From positions 1,612,001 to 1,676,000 of the forward strand of contig JAYWIR010000033.1 of assembly GCA_036172245.1 (NCBI GenBank): 64,000 bases of DNA. Direction: 5' to 3'. How positions within the stretch are numbered: position 1 is the stretch's first letter; the number at the start of each line of letters is the position of its first letter. The stretch is from Raillietiella orientalis. Taxonomy: Eukaryota. The position numbers and the translations under genes are program-made. Of this stretch, positions 36,201 to 51,200 are shown one piece after another. The notes beneath the pieces are model-generated. The model was not told the DNA's origin and ran no database searches. It saw only the letters and a program-made list of their open reading frames with translations.

Positions 36201-39200
36201 GAGAGTGAGCGCACACAGGGCAGAGGTGTGAACGGTTGCTGCAGGGGACGTACAGAGAAGATCCGGACGCGACGACCCCTTTCAAACCGACGGCTGAAGG
36301 GAGGAGCGAGCTGAATGATGACGGAGATGGCTAGCCGGAGGTGGTGGTGAAGATGAAACTGCGCTAACTCGTGAGGAAGACTCGAGCGACCTCCTGCTGG
36401 TTAGTGGGTGGGGTGCGAGGCCGAGTTCCCCCCATCAGAACGTGGGGGGGATCAGGAGGAAGGTCGGTCGCGAGAACAGGTCCTGAAAGGTAAACTACGC
36501 TGCGTTTCCAAGGTGCGGTTTCCAGGCCCCCTCGTGCAAAAGATCTCTGAACGTACTGCACTGGATCTTCCTTTTGAAAGAAAGTCGAGCGTCTGCTTAA
36601 AGATTTTCTCAGTTCCATGATCAATTTGAGATGAGATTCTCCCCCCAAAACGATGTCCCCTCCCCCACAAAAAAGCAAAAAAAACAAAAAATGATGACCT
36701 GACAACGTACATGTCTCCCGACATTCCAAAGTCCATGCCATGTACCTTCGAAGGCTTCGACTCCACCAGCATGGCCGCCGAAGTTCCCCAGTCAGGGCGA
36801 GGCATCCAAGAGGGCTCGAAGCCATCTCGCCCGGACGAGGTGCCCGGACGGGCGGAGAGGACCGAACGGAGCGATGGTCTTCCGAGCGGACCTTGCAGCG
36901 CACCGGGTCCACCTCCCTTCCCGTGCTCGCGCACGCCATTTTCTGAGAGTGCAAGAAATTCGGGGAATTCTCCTGACGACCCGTTCGGGATGACGAACGA
37001 CCGTTTTTGCTTTCCAGAGTTTCAGAGGGAATGCCAGAAGCACTGGTACGACCAGGACAGCTTCGTCTGCACGTGCGACTCCTCCTACTGCGATACGGTG
37101 GAACCGGAAACCTTGACCCCAGGGTGGTACAACGTTTACGAGAGCAGCAGGGACTCCCTCCGCTTCAGGAAGAGTACCGGCCCGCAGGAAGAGTCCGGTA
37201 GATCCTCCTCGCGCGCCGAAGGACTTCTTCCCCGAAGGGCGGCAGTGCCGTTTTGCAGGAAGAGAGCAGTGCCTGAGGCTGACCGTCAGCACCGACAAGA
37301 AGTACCAGTCCTTGCTAGGATTTGGGGGAGCCCTGACCGACAGCGCGGCCTACCACATCGCCCACTTTCCCGACCCTGACGCCGTGCTGAGGTACGATCT
37401 TCCCCCTGCCTCTCGCTGCTGCTCTCTTCTTCCCAGAGGTCGAGGGACACCGCCGGACTTTCCCCTCGTTTCCCGCGCCAAATCCCGGTGGTCTCCGCAG
37501 CTTTCACACGCTCCGCAAATGCCCTGGGGATGCGACCGGATGAATAATCAGGAACCTCGGCGTCCCCGTGCGAAAGATGCGCCACCCTCGTTTCCCTCCG
37601 GAGCATCCGATCTGTCGCGCTGGTTGCTGCTTCCCCGGCTGCCCACCGGCCCGCTCTTGGCGCCAGCTTCCACTACCCCTTCCCTCCGGGGGAGACACCG
37701 CACCTCCGTCCCCCCTTGACTCGTCGCTCCCAGGTGCGCCGAAGTCGCGTTCGACTCCCGATGTGCCCCTTCCCCTGTCCTTCGCTCCCGCTATAACAGC
37801 GTCATCCCGGGAGCGAACCTTCGACTTCCACTTGTTCGGACCTTGCTCGGGCTTCGCCTCTGCAGGTTCACCCGCGGAAAGCAAATGCGCCCTCGGAGGA
37901 GGAGTCGTTGGTCACTCCCGGGACTCTCGACTGGTCGCCGGAGGGCACGCTGAATTCCCGGCACGTTCGTAGCGATTCCAGCGACCAAATTGCCCGTAAG
38001 GGTTGGTCGTAGGGGCAGAAGACGGATGGATACCACCTGGAGGCAGTTCGTTCCACTGCGAGGGGAGGTATCTGGCGCCTGAAGGTGACCAAGCGGACTT
38101 TGGGGAGAAATGACCCTTGACCCGTCCTCGCACTTGAAATGGACGGGAAGTTCGGCCTACTTGAACGCTGCCTTTCCAACTTCCGGCTTCGCTTTCGAGA
38201 CTCCAGAGGTCCTGGCAGGCAGCTCTGGCGCCGTGGGATAATAAGCCCAACGCCGGGCGCGACGTTCATAGCATCTCATAGAAGAAGGTTGATTGCCACG
38301 GACGGTGGCAACCACGGAAGTCAGAAACCTCCAGGGGCGCGTGCAGCATGACTCAGCTGCAGAAGTGACCGGGCTCTTGCCTCATCGGGAGACGGCAAAT
38401 TCCTTAGGTTCTGAGGCGCTGCAGGGTCACTGCGACAAAAAGGGGCGGCAGTGTCACTGCGACAGCGTCCCAGGCGGACTCGCCAGGGGCGCTGTCGGTG
38501 CAGATTCTGGCGGCAGTGGCGAATTCTCGAGCGATATTCTCGGGTCCCGATGTGGAGCGCCGGGTGTCATGGCATAACAGCCTCCGACCTTGGGTCCGGT
38601 CGCTTCCAAGTTCCTGGAAAGAGGGCTTTTCTCCTTAGCAGCATCTCTCTCTTGGCGTCGTCTCGTACCATGGGGCAGTGTGGTACCTCTCCAGAGAGTC
38701 AGAAGGGTGCTGCTTCCCCGAAGAGATCGGCACAATTCTCTGCACTCACTGGAGAGAAGTGTTTCGATCTCTTCAGGGAAGCAGCGCCCTTCTGAATTTC
38801 GGAAGCGTCCCTTCGGGGTTCTCTTCAGAGGAGTAAACAGGAGCGGAACCTTTCCCGGGTTCCTTTCGGAGAAGAAAAAATGGAGCGCAGGGGTTCCCTT
38901 CGGAGAGAACAAGGAAGATTCCCTTCGGGCTTCCCCTCCGGAGACGATCAGGGTGGGGCCGATCTCCCTTCCGGACATCCCTCTCCAGGCGTGAGAGGAA
39001 CGGACTCCGAACTCCTTCCTGGATTCATAGTGAGGTCCCCTCGCGGGATACCCCCTATCTTGAAGAATTATGCACGAATAATGAACTCGCTATGAAGTGG
39101 CAGCGATGGAGCTATGCCAGGTCGTGACTGGAAGGTTTCTCGGGCGTTTCACCACGATTTTCAAAGAGGAAACCCATCCCCTTGAAGAAGCGAAGCAGAG

Positions 39201-42200
39201 ACGAACGCGCTCCGAATTTTTCGTGGCGAGGTCAAGAGGGACGTCTGACTTTCGCTCTACCGCACCCAGAGGTGGAGAGACCCTGGCGGGTGACGACCAG
39301 AAGAGACGCGTCCAGTGCTGGAATCTCCCGAGAGACTCCCGAGGGTTCCTTGCTTCAAGAAGACTTCAACCCACTGAAGAACCCGCCGATTTCTGCGTCC
39401 TCTTTCCAGGTTGGCGACGAGGATTTGGACCTCCGCGATTCCTGGAACTCTAGACTCCTCTCCCCCCCTTTCCGCATTTCGAGAGACGCCGGTCCATTCG
39501 AAATGTGAACGCCTACTGCCGCCATCCGAAAAAGATGCGTGCGATCGGTAGAGTTTCGCTCCCTCGCTGGGGAGGACACCCCAATTGGGGCACGGTGATG
39601 GAGTTTCGCTCAAGAAATTCGCCCGAGGGAAGGGAGGAATTATTCGCGAAGGGGGGTCGATTGCTTCGCTCTCGGAGAAATTTCGAGCGGGTCTCTTCGC
39701 TACGGGACGCTTCACCTAAGTGCGACTCCGTGGACGCGGAGGTGCGTTGCTTACGGAGGAAGGAAATGTCTGGCAAGCAGAGACCAACAGACGACCTTCC
39801 ACGGTTAAGAGAAACAAAAAAACGATGCCCAGGATAACATTTTTTAGATAAGAAATCTGGAAAAAGATGAGTCCAAAAAAAAAAACAAAAAGAAGGAAAA
39901 GAGAAAGGAATTGGCAACCTCTCGTTCCTTGAGGTCCCCGGATCTTCATGCATGTTTTTCTGGTGGACCTGCAGTCTCCCGGAGGCAACTACCGTCAGGA
40001 AGGAGAGCCTTGAAGTTTTCAAGGATGAACTCGAAGTGGATTTTCCGCACTTTTTTTTGCTCTCGAAGGAATTGCGCGAAATTTTTTATCAGTCAGGTGT
40101 TTCGATCTCCCATCGAGAATCCTCAGCCATGCGCCATCACCGCCGAGGCTGCCGTCAGCGATGTGGTGCACTCTCGAGTCTTCACTTTGCAGGTCGAGTG
40201 AGGACTCGCGAGGCATCCTCCAGGCGGTGGCTCGGGTGTGCGAACCTGCCGCCAGGTGGCTACCGGAGCTTTCCCCCCGCTGGCTTTCGGAAGCGGCGCA
40301 GCTCCGCGCCCTCACCCCCCCGCCCCGTGGACCCGGGAGACAGCGAGATGGAGCAGTCCTGAAGTCTTCCCCGTGGGAGGGGAGGTCGAGTCCTGCGAAG
40401 ATACCCCGAGAAAAGAGGGTCCTTCCTGTCCACATGATCCCCATACGCCCGGCGCGCTTCTAGGAAGAAGGCGCGACCGTGCCTGGTCGCCTACAGCGCT
40501 CAGGGATTTCCGCGTTCCCTCCCGATTACCTGAGGTCCCCGCGGCTACGTGAACCTCGAGGGGAGGAAGGGAACTGCCACGGAAACGGCCCACTCCTTCT
40601 GGCCCGCTCGCTTCAAGCGCGTTCCACGCGCCGGGGATGCTACTCAAGTGGATCCTTTTTCCCTGCTTCCCCCTGCTGGAACGCGCTGTTCCTGCTGCCG
40701 GCAAGTTTTCCAGAAGTTTTCAGGAACGACAGGATCCCAGCGTCCGTCCCGAGAAGTCCTCGCCCGCTCCCTCGGAAGCCAAGAAACGTTCCACCAGGTG
40801 TCACGTCGCGACCCCCTTTAACTGTCACCATCTTCCCTTCTGAAGGGACTACGACCGACGGCGGAGTCCTGTGCCAGCTGCGATCCCTCCAGGACTTTCC
40901 CTAGACGCCGATTCCGGGCGACACCGGGACCCTGGAACGAGGAGCTCTGCTCTCACGAGCGCGCATCCAGATGGAGGGAGATAGGCGGGACTGCCAAGTC
41001 GCCGAGCGACCGTTTCCGGGAGCGTCGGGACGCATTCCTCCGTTCTCCATTCGTCTGAGCCGCAGGTTGCTACGGCGAGAATCTCCAACGGCACCCGCAT
41101 CCCGGAGCGGCAGTGAAGGTTCCCGAAGGAGAATCCCGAGCGGAGCCGAGCACCTCTCGATCGAGTCGTCCGAGGATCGGGGGTTGCGAGCGGGAGGAGG
41201 AGGAAAGCCGCCTCTCCCCTTCCGGCTGCGCCCGGTCACCGGTGGGCTGGAAGATCCCGGGAGCGAGGGAGGGAGGGGGAGGCGAAGGAAGGAAACGCAC
41301 AGCCGTCGATCCGCCTGCCCTCTTTGGCGGGGAGGGAAGGGGTCGCTTTCTGTGTCCCTCCTCCCTCTGTCCTCCCTGAATTCCGGCCGCTTCCAGGAAC
41401 TACTTCTCCACAGACGGGATCGAGTACAGCTTCCTGCGCTTGCCCATCGCGGGATGCGACTTTTCCCTGAAACCCTACTCCTACGACGACGAAGCGGAGG
41501 ACACCAATCTGACCCACTTTCGCCTGGCAGACGAGGACCTCGAGTGGAAGGTGAGCCACCCTTCTGGAGGGATCAGGGAACGATCGGGGAGGGCCAAGGA
41601 GAGAGGGAGGCCGCCCTTCGATCCAGCAGGGGTCATTCGGAGGGAGAAGGAAGAGGGGCGGGGCATGGTCTCGTCGCGTCCTCAGTTCGCGAGGCTGCCT
41701 GGTTGTGGGGATACTCATGGTTGCAGCAGCGCCGAAATTTCCTTCTCGCCTTCCCTCCCCACCACCTCTACCCTCTTCCGGTTGCCACGCAACCGATTCG
41801 AAGCGGCGGCGTATCCCTCCCTCGCCAAGGAGGAGGAAGTGAGTGCTCTGCAGAGTTCGGAGCTCCGTGGGAGACAGACGTCCTGACGCCATCCTTCCCA
41901 GCATCCTCTTCCGCGTCCCCTGATCTCTTTGTCCCCGAGAGCGTCGTCTCCATCCTCACAGTTCTCTGGACCACACTGAATGAGGGAGGAACTCCTTCTT
42001 TTAAAGATGGGACGATCGACTCTTCTCGAGAGGGGAGATCTAGAGTCCAGAGGCTGGAAGGATAAGTTTCGCGCGCCTCCAGAGCAGGGATCAGAAGGAC
42101 AGGAGAGAGAGCGTTCCAGAATCCGGGAGCCCGAGAGGTCTCCTGGATTCTCGAGCGGGACTCCGAGCCAGGAGAGAATGCCGAGCGGGTGGGAAACCGA

Positions 42201-45200
42201 CTCTCCGGGAGCACGCTCGTGGGAGCGGGAGAGAGGAGGAAGAACGGAAGGGGGGGGGGGAATTCCATCTGACCCGTCACGCGAGTGCTCCCGGAAGGAC
42301 CGCTGCCATGCCAACTCGCGCCCCCATTCATCCCGCAGGCAGTTCGGGAGGAAGAGGAATAGGCTCTCCGGAAGGGGGAAAGCGGGGAAAAAAAGGGAGG
42401 AACGACAATCAGAGAGGGCGGCGTCCCTCGCGTGGGTGGTGGCGTGCGGAAGTGGGATCTGCAGTTCTTCGGTTCCCGGGAAGACAAAAGGAGGATCGGG
42501 GACGCTCCCCAGGATCGGCAGGGGGGAGGGGGTCAAGAAGCGGCGATTGGGATGTTGGCGGGGGAGGAGTGCAAGGGCTGGTGGCGGCGAAGCGCTTTCT
42601 CCCTTCGCCATCTCGGAAGAGGGGAAGACGACGGGAGACAAGCGCTGCTGCTCCTCTCGTCATTCGCTCCTGCCCGCTCAGTTCCGCATCGGGCGAGGAC
42701 CTCTCTTATGGGAAGCTCTCTCCCTGTTCGCGTCCCCACCAGAAGTCCCGCATGTCCTGCGCATTTCCTGAGGGACCCGCGGGGTGACCATCTCGTGGCA
42801 ATTTTACGAACTATTTTCGATCGCAAGCCCGTGGCGGTTTGCGCACGGCAGTGTTTGCTCCACTTCCGTTAGCGGGACTTTCACTCAGGAACAGCGATAG
42901 TGTGACTATCACTGTTGTTCATTCTCATGGTCCAACTGATAAAGACCTTCAGAATATGAGGCCCTCGTCGAAGACATGGGAATGGTACAACATGCACCTG
43001 CCATGTGCAGTGTCCCGGTGCTTCGCAGTCCCTTGCTGGAGCATTGAGAGCACCAACTCGATTTTCTTCCTATCCTCTTTTCGGCAAGTTCCCTCTTGAT
43101 CCAGAGCGCACTTGACTTCGACCATTGCTCGCACCGCGATCTCCAGCTTGAGCACCACCAACAGTCAGCGTATCTGCAGGCAACGCGCCCGCAACGGATT
43201 GAAAAATCTTCGATAACGGAGATTCGTAGAACAGGGAAGAGGTCGTAGAAGGACAAAATTGCACACCTCGGAAATCTTCTGTCCGTCCGTTGGGGCTCTT
43301 TTCGGTTTTCTTCCAGATCTTAGGATGCTTGCCTCGGTTTCCTGAGGCAAGCATCTTGCGGGCCCTGCGTCTGACGGAGACCTGCGTGTCGCGAAGTCGT
43401 CTGCACTGCAAAGAGCTGCTAGTCTTTCCCAAGAGCTCTGGCCTGCGTTTTCAGTCTTTGCGGCTGACTTTTATGCAGATTTCACTGACTGTGGCACCAA
43501 ATACACTGCACGTATACATAACATTATTAAAAAATATAAATTTATCCAGCTACCTTGTTCGGTTTTTGATAACTTCAACGAACTGTACCGTTTTGTATTT
43601 TTCACCGACCAGCAACCTTATCGTAGAATATCGTATGTTTATTAATATTCTAAAGGCCAATGGCTGCCATAAATTAAAACACATCTTCTTTCTCTTTAAA
43701 AGATATCCTTGTTGCATTTGTGTCAGGTCTAACGTGAATCTATTTGTTCACATAATGATCAATTCATTAAATATATTTAAGGCACATGATATATTAAAAA
43801 AACACAGTATATGAATGAATTCTTTTAAATTTGTAGTCTAATCCGGTTCTTCAGACTCTCTGTTGAAAACTGGGACTTTCGAGCCAAATTGCCTCCATCC
43901 ACTAGGTCCACAAATGCTCAGCTCAATTCGATCCGAGCCTTTTCATTTCGCTCACTTGCATTGGTTTTCATTTTCGTGCTGCAATTTATGTACAGTTCCG
44001 CTTTCTCAAATTCAATCAGTATTGACCTGGTTTGATAATGTGTTAAAAGATAGTGTGGCAAGTTAAAATTTGTTTTGTCTGAAGACCTATTTGCCTACTT
44101 GAAGTCGCAGTTGTCAATTTCAAAAATTGGGGTGGTTTCACATAAACAAGGGAAGCGATACAATTCGCATGTCCCACATACGCTTGTTTAGACCTCAAAG
44201 CCAGCTCCTGTCGGTTGGTGCCAATCAGTACTTGCTGGTTCCGTATGAAATACGCAGCCAACGAGCTATAAATCACGAAGTCCAGCATTTGATTGCTGGA
44301 AAATTCGCATTCATACGCAGGGATAGGAGGCATCGGCATTGTTAGCGAGACATTGCCATTGTTACTGAGGAACATCGGCATTGTTAATTAAAGGCATTTC
44401 CATTGTTAGTCGAAGGCATGTCTATTGTTGACGTAAGGCCTGTATGTGTGATACACTCTGGCAAACACCTGATTCTTTTGAAGACATACCTGAAGACTTT
44501 GAGGACTTTTGAGGAACCATCACCGAGAGTCAGAAATTGTTCGGTGCATCTTTTGTGACCAGAGAGCAGGCGTCGGTGCAAACATCAAATACGCCCGTCT
44601 TACGTGATGACATCATGTGATTTGAATCATCTATTTTTCCCAACTGAAGGGGGGGGGGGAAAAAAGAAATTGAGCGGAAATCGAATTTTGTCGAAACTCT
44701 CAGAATAAATTGGTGACGTTAAGTCTCTTGTGCATCCATGAATGGCCGCGCCATGATTCCATTCTTTGATCTACACACAGATAGGCCAGTTGTGCCTAGG
44801 GAATGAAGAAGTTTTCGAAGACCATAACCGAGATTCTCAGTGATACACCTCGAGAGTTGCGTCTTCTTTTTTTATTTAAATGAAGGACATAAGGACATCG
44901 GAAAAGCTCCGTGGTCATTCTCCAGGTTGATTTTCCCGTACTCTGCATGTTCCGACACCGAGGATGAAAGTGTGATCTGATGTAGGACATTTTCCTCAAC
45001 AGAGAGGAAATTCAAGAATGGATTTCTCCGCTTGCGTTTTCTCCTTACCAAAGGGGGGGAAAACCCCTCTTTTCAACCCTGGATCGATATTCAGCAGCCG
45101 CAATGCCTTCACAGACGGAAATCATCATCCTTTTTTCTCGTTCACGTGGAAGCCCAAGGAGCAGCTCGCACGTATCTCTCCAGGTCGAGATGGGTCTTCC

Positions 45201-48200
45201 AGATCCGGGTCGGCTTAAGCACATGTGTCGCTAGAGGAAGAAGAAGGGATGGGCGAGGGGATGAGCTGGGTGGAATGACCCCTCGAAATTGTTCTTCGTC
45301 TCCGTAATGTTCTCAATCTCTTTCATGTCCCGATTCCTTCCCTCATGCAGCTGCCAGTGCTCAACCGCATCAAATCCATGTCCAGCCGGAAAATCAAGAT
45401 CATCGCAAGTCCCTGGTCCGCGCCTTCCTGGATGAAGACGAACGGAAAGTTCAACGGGTGGGGAAGACTGAAGACGAAATATCTTTCGTCTTGGGCCGAG
45501 TACTTCGTTAGGTAAGTGGCTGGCTTGGAGCCGAAGGGGCTTCCTCAACGCGTGGCGAAGGTTCCTCCAGGCGTACGAGCGGGAAGGTCATCCCGTTTGG
45601 GGAATCACGGTCCAGAACGAACCGACGTCCGGATTTCTCCCGGGATACCCCTTCAACTGCATGGGGTGGACTCCTTTCGGGGAAAGGAAGTTCATCCGGG
45701 ATCACCTCGGCCCAGCACTCAAGAGCAGTGGCTACGGAGGCGTTCAGCTCTTCATAATGGACGACAACAGGATCAGCTTGCCGTGGTGGCCGTACTTGGT
45801 AAGGAAGATGCACTTCTTTTGGGGATCCTCCAGTGGTGAGAGCATGAGGGTCGAATCTAGAGAGCTGCCGTGGGGTCCCTCTCGTTTTCCGGCTCATTTG
45901 GTGGATTTTTTCCGGTTTTTTTTGCTCCTTCCGGGTCCAACCGTACAATACGGTCATTGCCCACGCGTCCTTCCCGCGGCACCAGAGAGCTGACGGGTCA
46001 CAGCTTGCAGGGAGAGGGAGGAGGTTTTCCCACGTTCACGAAAGGGCCAGGGAGGAAAGTGGCTATGGCAAAGAAAGTCGGTCTGGAAGAGGAGATGAAG
46101 AAAAATCAGAGCACCTAACAGAGGCAAGGACCAAGAGCACCAAGGTGACTGAGATCAGCATAAAGATTGAGGATGACAGAGTAAGGTGGTATCGGACTCA
46201 AACGGTCGAACAGGTCCAGATCAAGTTGAAGAGCCGAGATTAAACGGAGAAGAAACTAACTGGTCGAGGGCAAAGAATCCGAGAGAAGAGAACCTGAATA
46301 TGAAAAAGCAGGAAAACAGGAAAACGCACCGCTTCAGGAGACTGCATGGCGTGTTGAGGGGGATCCATGAGTTGTGCAAATAGTCAGCGGAAAGCTCCCT
46401 AATATGCAGAAGATATCTTTCCGAGGAATCGGGAGCGTCCAGCAAGGACTGACCCTCTTGATTGAGTTCAGGCCAAAGGATTCTTCCGTCAAAGTGGGCG
46501 AGAGAGCAGGGAGATTACGGGAGGTAGTGGTGGTCTCTGGGAGGAAGCATTATCCAGTTGGGAGGATGGGTAGGATAGGTGCGTTCCTAGTCACTCTCAA
46601 GGTCCGAGTAGGAGCACGTCTTCCCAAAGGATACCGCTACCCCCTTAAGACTTATTCCAAAGAAACCAGGCGCAGAAGTCCTGGTCTCCATCAGAGGGGA
46701 GTTGTGAGGGAATGGGATGAAGATGGAGGAAGCCCGAAAGCCTGTCGTTAGATGAACTCATTTTGCATCTCGAAAAGGAAGAACCACAACAAGAAAGAGA
46801 GGCAAAAGTCTCGATACCGTTATTTTCAAGCTGTTTCCTCCCTAGATACAGAATCGAGAAGTGTTGGACGTCGCGTCTCCAGGCGATTTGCGGGTCGAGA
46901 AACAACACTGGACGCCCGCTTTCGAGAAAGTGATGCGAAGCTTCGAAGATCCCTCCAGAGATGGCACTGCCTCACGCGCTCCGAGAGGTGCTTGCACACG
47001 GGCGTTCCTTCCATGGGAGCCTTCGATTTTTCTCAAGCTTCTTCTCCTGAAACGTTCTTTTCGTCTTCCTGACGAAAACGGAAATTGTGATCTTTTATCG
47101 CCATCACCGTTGGCGCGACGAAACGCCCGATCGTAAGATCCGTGAGCAGTCGGTGCCTCTTCACCGAGCAAAAGATTCGCTGCATCCAGCCATGTACCAA
47201 TGGAAGATGTCCAAGGTATTGCTGCCCGCCGCCAGAGCCGCGGCGTTCACTGATTCGAAATGGCGGGGCGGCTCGCGGGCAGCGACCCAAACATTTCCAA
47301 AGGGAAGGAACTTTGTGATTCGAGCTGAGCCAGAGGTTCGCGACTAACTAGGGGTTAGGAAGGGGCGACCCTTGCGTTCCAGATGTAAAAGGACAGAAAA
47401 AGGTAAGAAGAAGGGAACTCGGAGGTTCCTCGTAGTTCGTTGCGTACCCGCGACACAGAATGAATCGAAAAGCCAAGCGAAACCGAACAAGGTGAAGCCG
47501 GAAGAGGCTCAGGAGACGGGATGCTCACGAACGGTAAAAGACCCGAAGGATGAAGCTGAAGGGAGAACTCGACAAGGAGCCCACAAACTTCTTCGATGGG
47601 CAAAAGCTGGTGAAGCGCTGAGAAAATACCCCCGCCATCCCTTGGAGACATGGGAAACCCACCCGAGCCCCCAAGGCCCATCCCCTTGGGAGCAACACGG
47701 CCCCAGAAAGAAAGAGGTCCAAGAAAGGCTCCCTATTCGTTTCAAACTCTCAAAGATGATCTCCATCTATGCCTACAGATCTTTGTGTTCCTCTAAGCCC
47801 TCTACGATACCTGTATCTGTATGTACATGTGTACTTGCAACTATGTTTGTATCCGCATCCCCACCAGATGCGATGGATAGGGGCTGAAAAATCCCGACAG
47901 ATCATTAAAAATGTGTGCTCATTCTACATAGATTGGCATGCAAATTCATTTCGATATACAGCGACATCGATATTTATTAACGCCAACATTACTCGAACGG
48001 ATGTGTTTATTAAGATTCCGTGACGTTCACAAAATTAATAAGTTGTCGATTATATTCTTGATATTGAAGATTGTGAAGAATAAATCTACATGCTAATTGC
48101 ATGCATTCATGTATATGTATGTATATCTATGCAATGCATGTATAAATATCGAATTTTCAAGAATAAGACATGACATTGAAGAAAATGATGGAAAAAAAAA

Positions 48201-51200
48201 AAATATACACACAAATTAAAAAAAACGGAAAAGCAAATTTGATATCCATGCATCCATTAAATATACATTTCTTATATATATATGCACATATATGCATGTG
48301 CATGTATACATACATACATATTTCTGTCTCTCTATATGTATGTATTTACATTTCTACATATATGTTTCTAGATACATATTTATACACGTATTCATATATA
48401 TGTATATACACGCGCACCCACACATGCACACTTCTTATGTACATCGATATTTATATTATGTATAAATATTGTTGTACATAATAAGCATGCGTATTTATTT
48501 TTTCTAATCTTGATGATATAAATTCATCCATATTTTAATCTTCACATACATATATACATGAATACATATCTATATATTTTTTTAATCTTTAATGTATATA
48601 TGTCAACAATGTAATCAACAACTTATTGGTCACATTAGTAACATTTATCCCATTAATAAACATCCTTGCTCCAGTAATATTACTGTTAATAATATCTTTT
48701 CGAATAAATATGAATAACTATGCCTACTTAAAGTAAATTCGTGTCTTAATCCGTGTCGAATTAGCACGCGTGTTTATCTCTTATGATCTGTCGGGATTTA
48801 GATCGGCATCGGCTGTATGTGCATCCACGTGGATATGTGCACGGAACCATGCTTACGTCCACGTCTATATCCTCGTCTATAGACAGATATTTGTCCATGC
48901 CAACACCTGCATCTGTGTGAACATGCATCTGCCTCCTCCTCTGCCTCGACATCTGGATCCACGTCCGCGTCCACATCCACGCGTGTGTAATTCTGAGGGC
49001 TTGAGGTCTTGCACCCGCGTGCCACGAGGAAACGCGAAGCTCGTGGACAGCAGCGCTCGGCCAGCGATTCGACCGGATCTCCGGTACTGGGGCGCCGGAG
49101 GCGCGAGAGCACGAAACCCGCGTGCTGGGTCAACAGTCCCCCAGTCGCAAGCGGCAGTCAGGAAGGGCGCGCCCCGATTGCGGCCGGCTCGGCGGGACAC
49201 GCGAGGCAGAGGAGGAGGCATGGCGGGAGCGGAGAACGGCGGGAATGGAGTAGAGGGGTCTTGCGGGCGGCAGCGGAGGAGCGGTCGCGCCTCGGGGACG
49301 AGCGCGGAAGAAACCGACCGGCCGCGCGGCGCCGAGGGAGGCGTTCCGCAAGCATCCTGGGAAAGAGGGGTCCCTGTGCCTTCCTTGCTCTCTGGGGGAT
49401 GAGGACTTCTTCCGTGTCGACCCTTCTTAGTGTTCCTGTTTCCGGATCTGTGTCGCCGATCCCTTCCGAAGATGCGGCAGCGTCGGCGGGCCGCGTGGCG
49501 GGAGGCCTCCGCGTGTGGCACCGAGCGTCCAGGGTTCGAATCCCTCCCGAGGAAGCAATCGACGTCAGGAAGCGGGAGTCGATTCCTCCCCCAGCAGGAG
49601 GACGCTGGTCGGGTGCAGCGGCACTGGTGTGAAACCCCGGATGCACCCGGGGCACTGGTCGGGATTGGGAGTCGACCATCCGAGCTCAACGCAGGAATCG
49701 AGGAGCTCTTCGAGGTTCCCCTCCGGTTGTGGAAACAGAGCCGTCCAATCGCGTGTCATGGAGCTGGTTGACAGCCCCCCGGGAGGTTGCCTCTCCAATG
49801 TGTCAAGATGGGCACGGCTCCCTCCGGGTTGCGCCCCTTGCGGGGTTCCTCCGGAGAAGAAATGAGGAGCCCCCCCTCCACAAACCGGGGGCTCCCTTCG
49901 GAGACAACTAAGGCGAGGGTTCCCTCCCGAGCGTAAGAGGAGAGAACTCCTTTCTCCGGAGCATTCCTGGATTCACGCACCCTTTGGTAGCGTGGACGGG
50001 TGCTAAAGAGCTTCGTGAGCCGCTCCGGAGGAGATGGACGGCTCTTCAACACTTGGCGAGCCAAAAAGAAAGGGCTGCACAGCACGAGCAAAGACAATGC
50101 GGGTGAGGAGCAGACCTTCCTGCCAGAAGGGAAAGGGGGTTGAGGAGGGAGGGGAACCCGAATCTCCGGAACGGGCGAGAGGTGATGGGTCCATTCAGGA
50201 CGCGATCACAGACGAATCGACCTCTGACAGTTCCCTGCTGAGACGTGGGGTCGAAAGGAAACGGTATGAAACGATCCGAGTGGGCGAACGCGGCCGTCCA
50301 ACTCTGCCTTAAAGATTGGTGTTCTCTTCCGGCGAAGGGCAAGTGCTCTAGGATTTTCCCCGAAGGAATCCAAACGGGACCGCACTCGAAATCCTTTTCT
50401 ACAGCCCCCATCCCCGACGACGAAGGTGATGATCAGAAGGCTCTGATGACGACGGGAGTTCTCCAGGCTACTCGATACCTGAGGCATCTGGCAACCCTCG
50501 CTCCATGCTTGAGAAGATAAATCTGGACTTGCCAGGAAGAGTTCTTCCTCCTTCCTTAAGAGAAGGGAATCATTCTCGACCTCCTGAACGCACCCTCGGG
50601 CGTGCCGAAACGGCTTCCGTCCACACGGGGCGCTGGAGTGGACCCCCAAAAGCATCCGGCACCCTCCCGTCTCGCCCTGAAGAGAGTCCGGCGGCGAATC
50701 CTTCTTGGAGGAGGAGGAGGAGTCGCTCTATCAAGTCCAGAAGCGGCCCGTGCTCGGCCTTGGGCCGGGACGGTCTCTGGTCTTCCTCGGCCTGAAGGCG
50801 ACCTCGTCGGAGGATGCGAGGGAGCTCTCCAGGCTCCTCGGGTCCCTAGGAGCCTGGTGACTCCCCTCGCCTCATCTGGAGGTCGCAGTTGTGAGACACC
50901 ACTGCCTTTGCGGGGATCGCGGGGCGGGTAGAGGAGCTTTTCCGCTCCTCCTCGGCTCCTCTGCTCGCCTCCTCCTTGCCCCAGACCGCTGAGAAAGCCG
51001 CACTCAGTGCCCAACGTCTCTCTGACGCGCGTGGGGCAGCCGCCGCTGCTGCTACTGACGGCGGCCGTTTGCGGCCGGCTGTCGTTGCCAGGAACGACTA
51101 CGAGCTCGTTGTCGAAGACTCTGAGGGGCGCGCCAGAAAATAGAGAAAAGCGCTGGGGTGCCTCAGTCACAAGGGGTTGTCGGGCACGGGTGTTGCCATG

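Noticed and set aside
44335..44440. CRISPR-like repeat-spacer array
   Set aside because: Eukaryotic intron, short degenerate units with no unique spacers, and no cas genes.
49490..49560. tRNA/SINE B-box-like GGTTCGAATCCC (also ~8507, ~21193)
   Set aside because: No cloverleaf forms. The three sites are homologous antisense stretches of the LINE ORF1 region.
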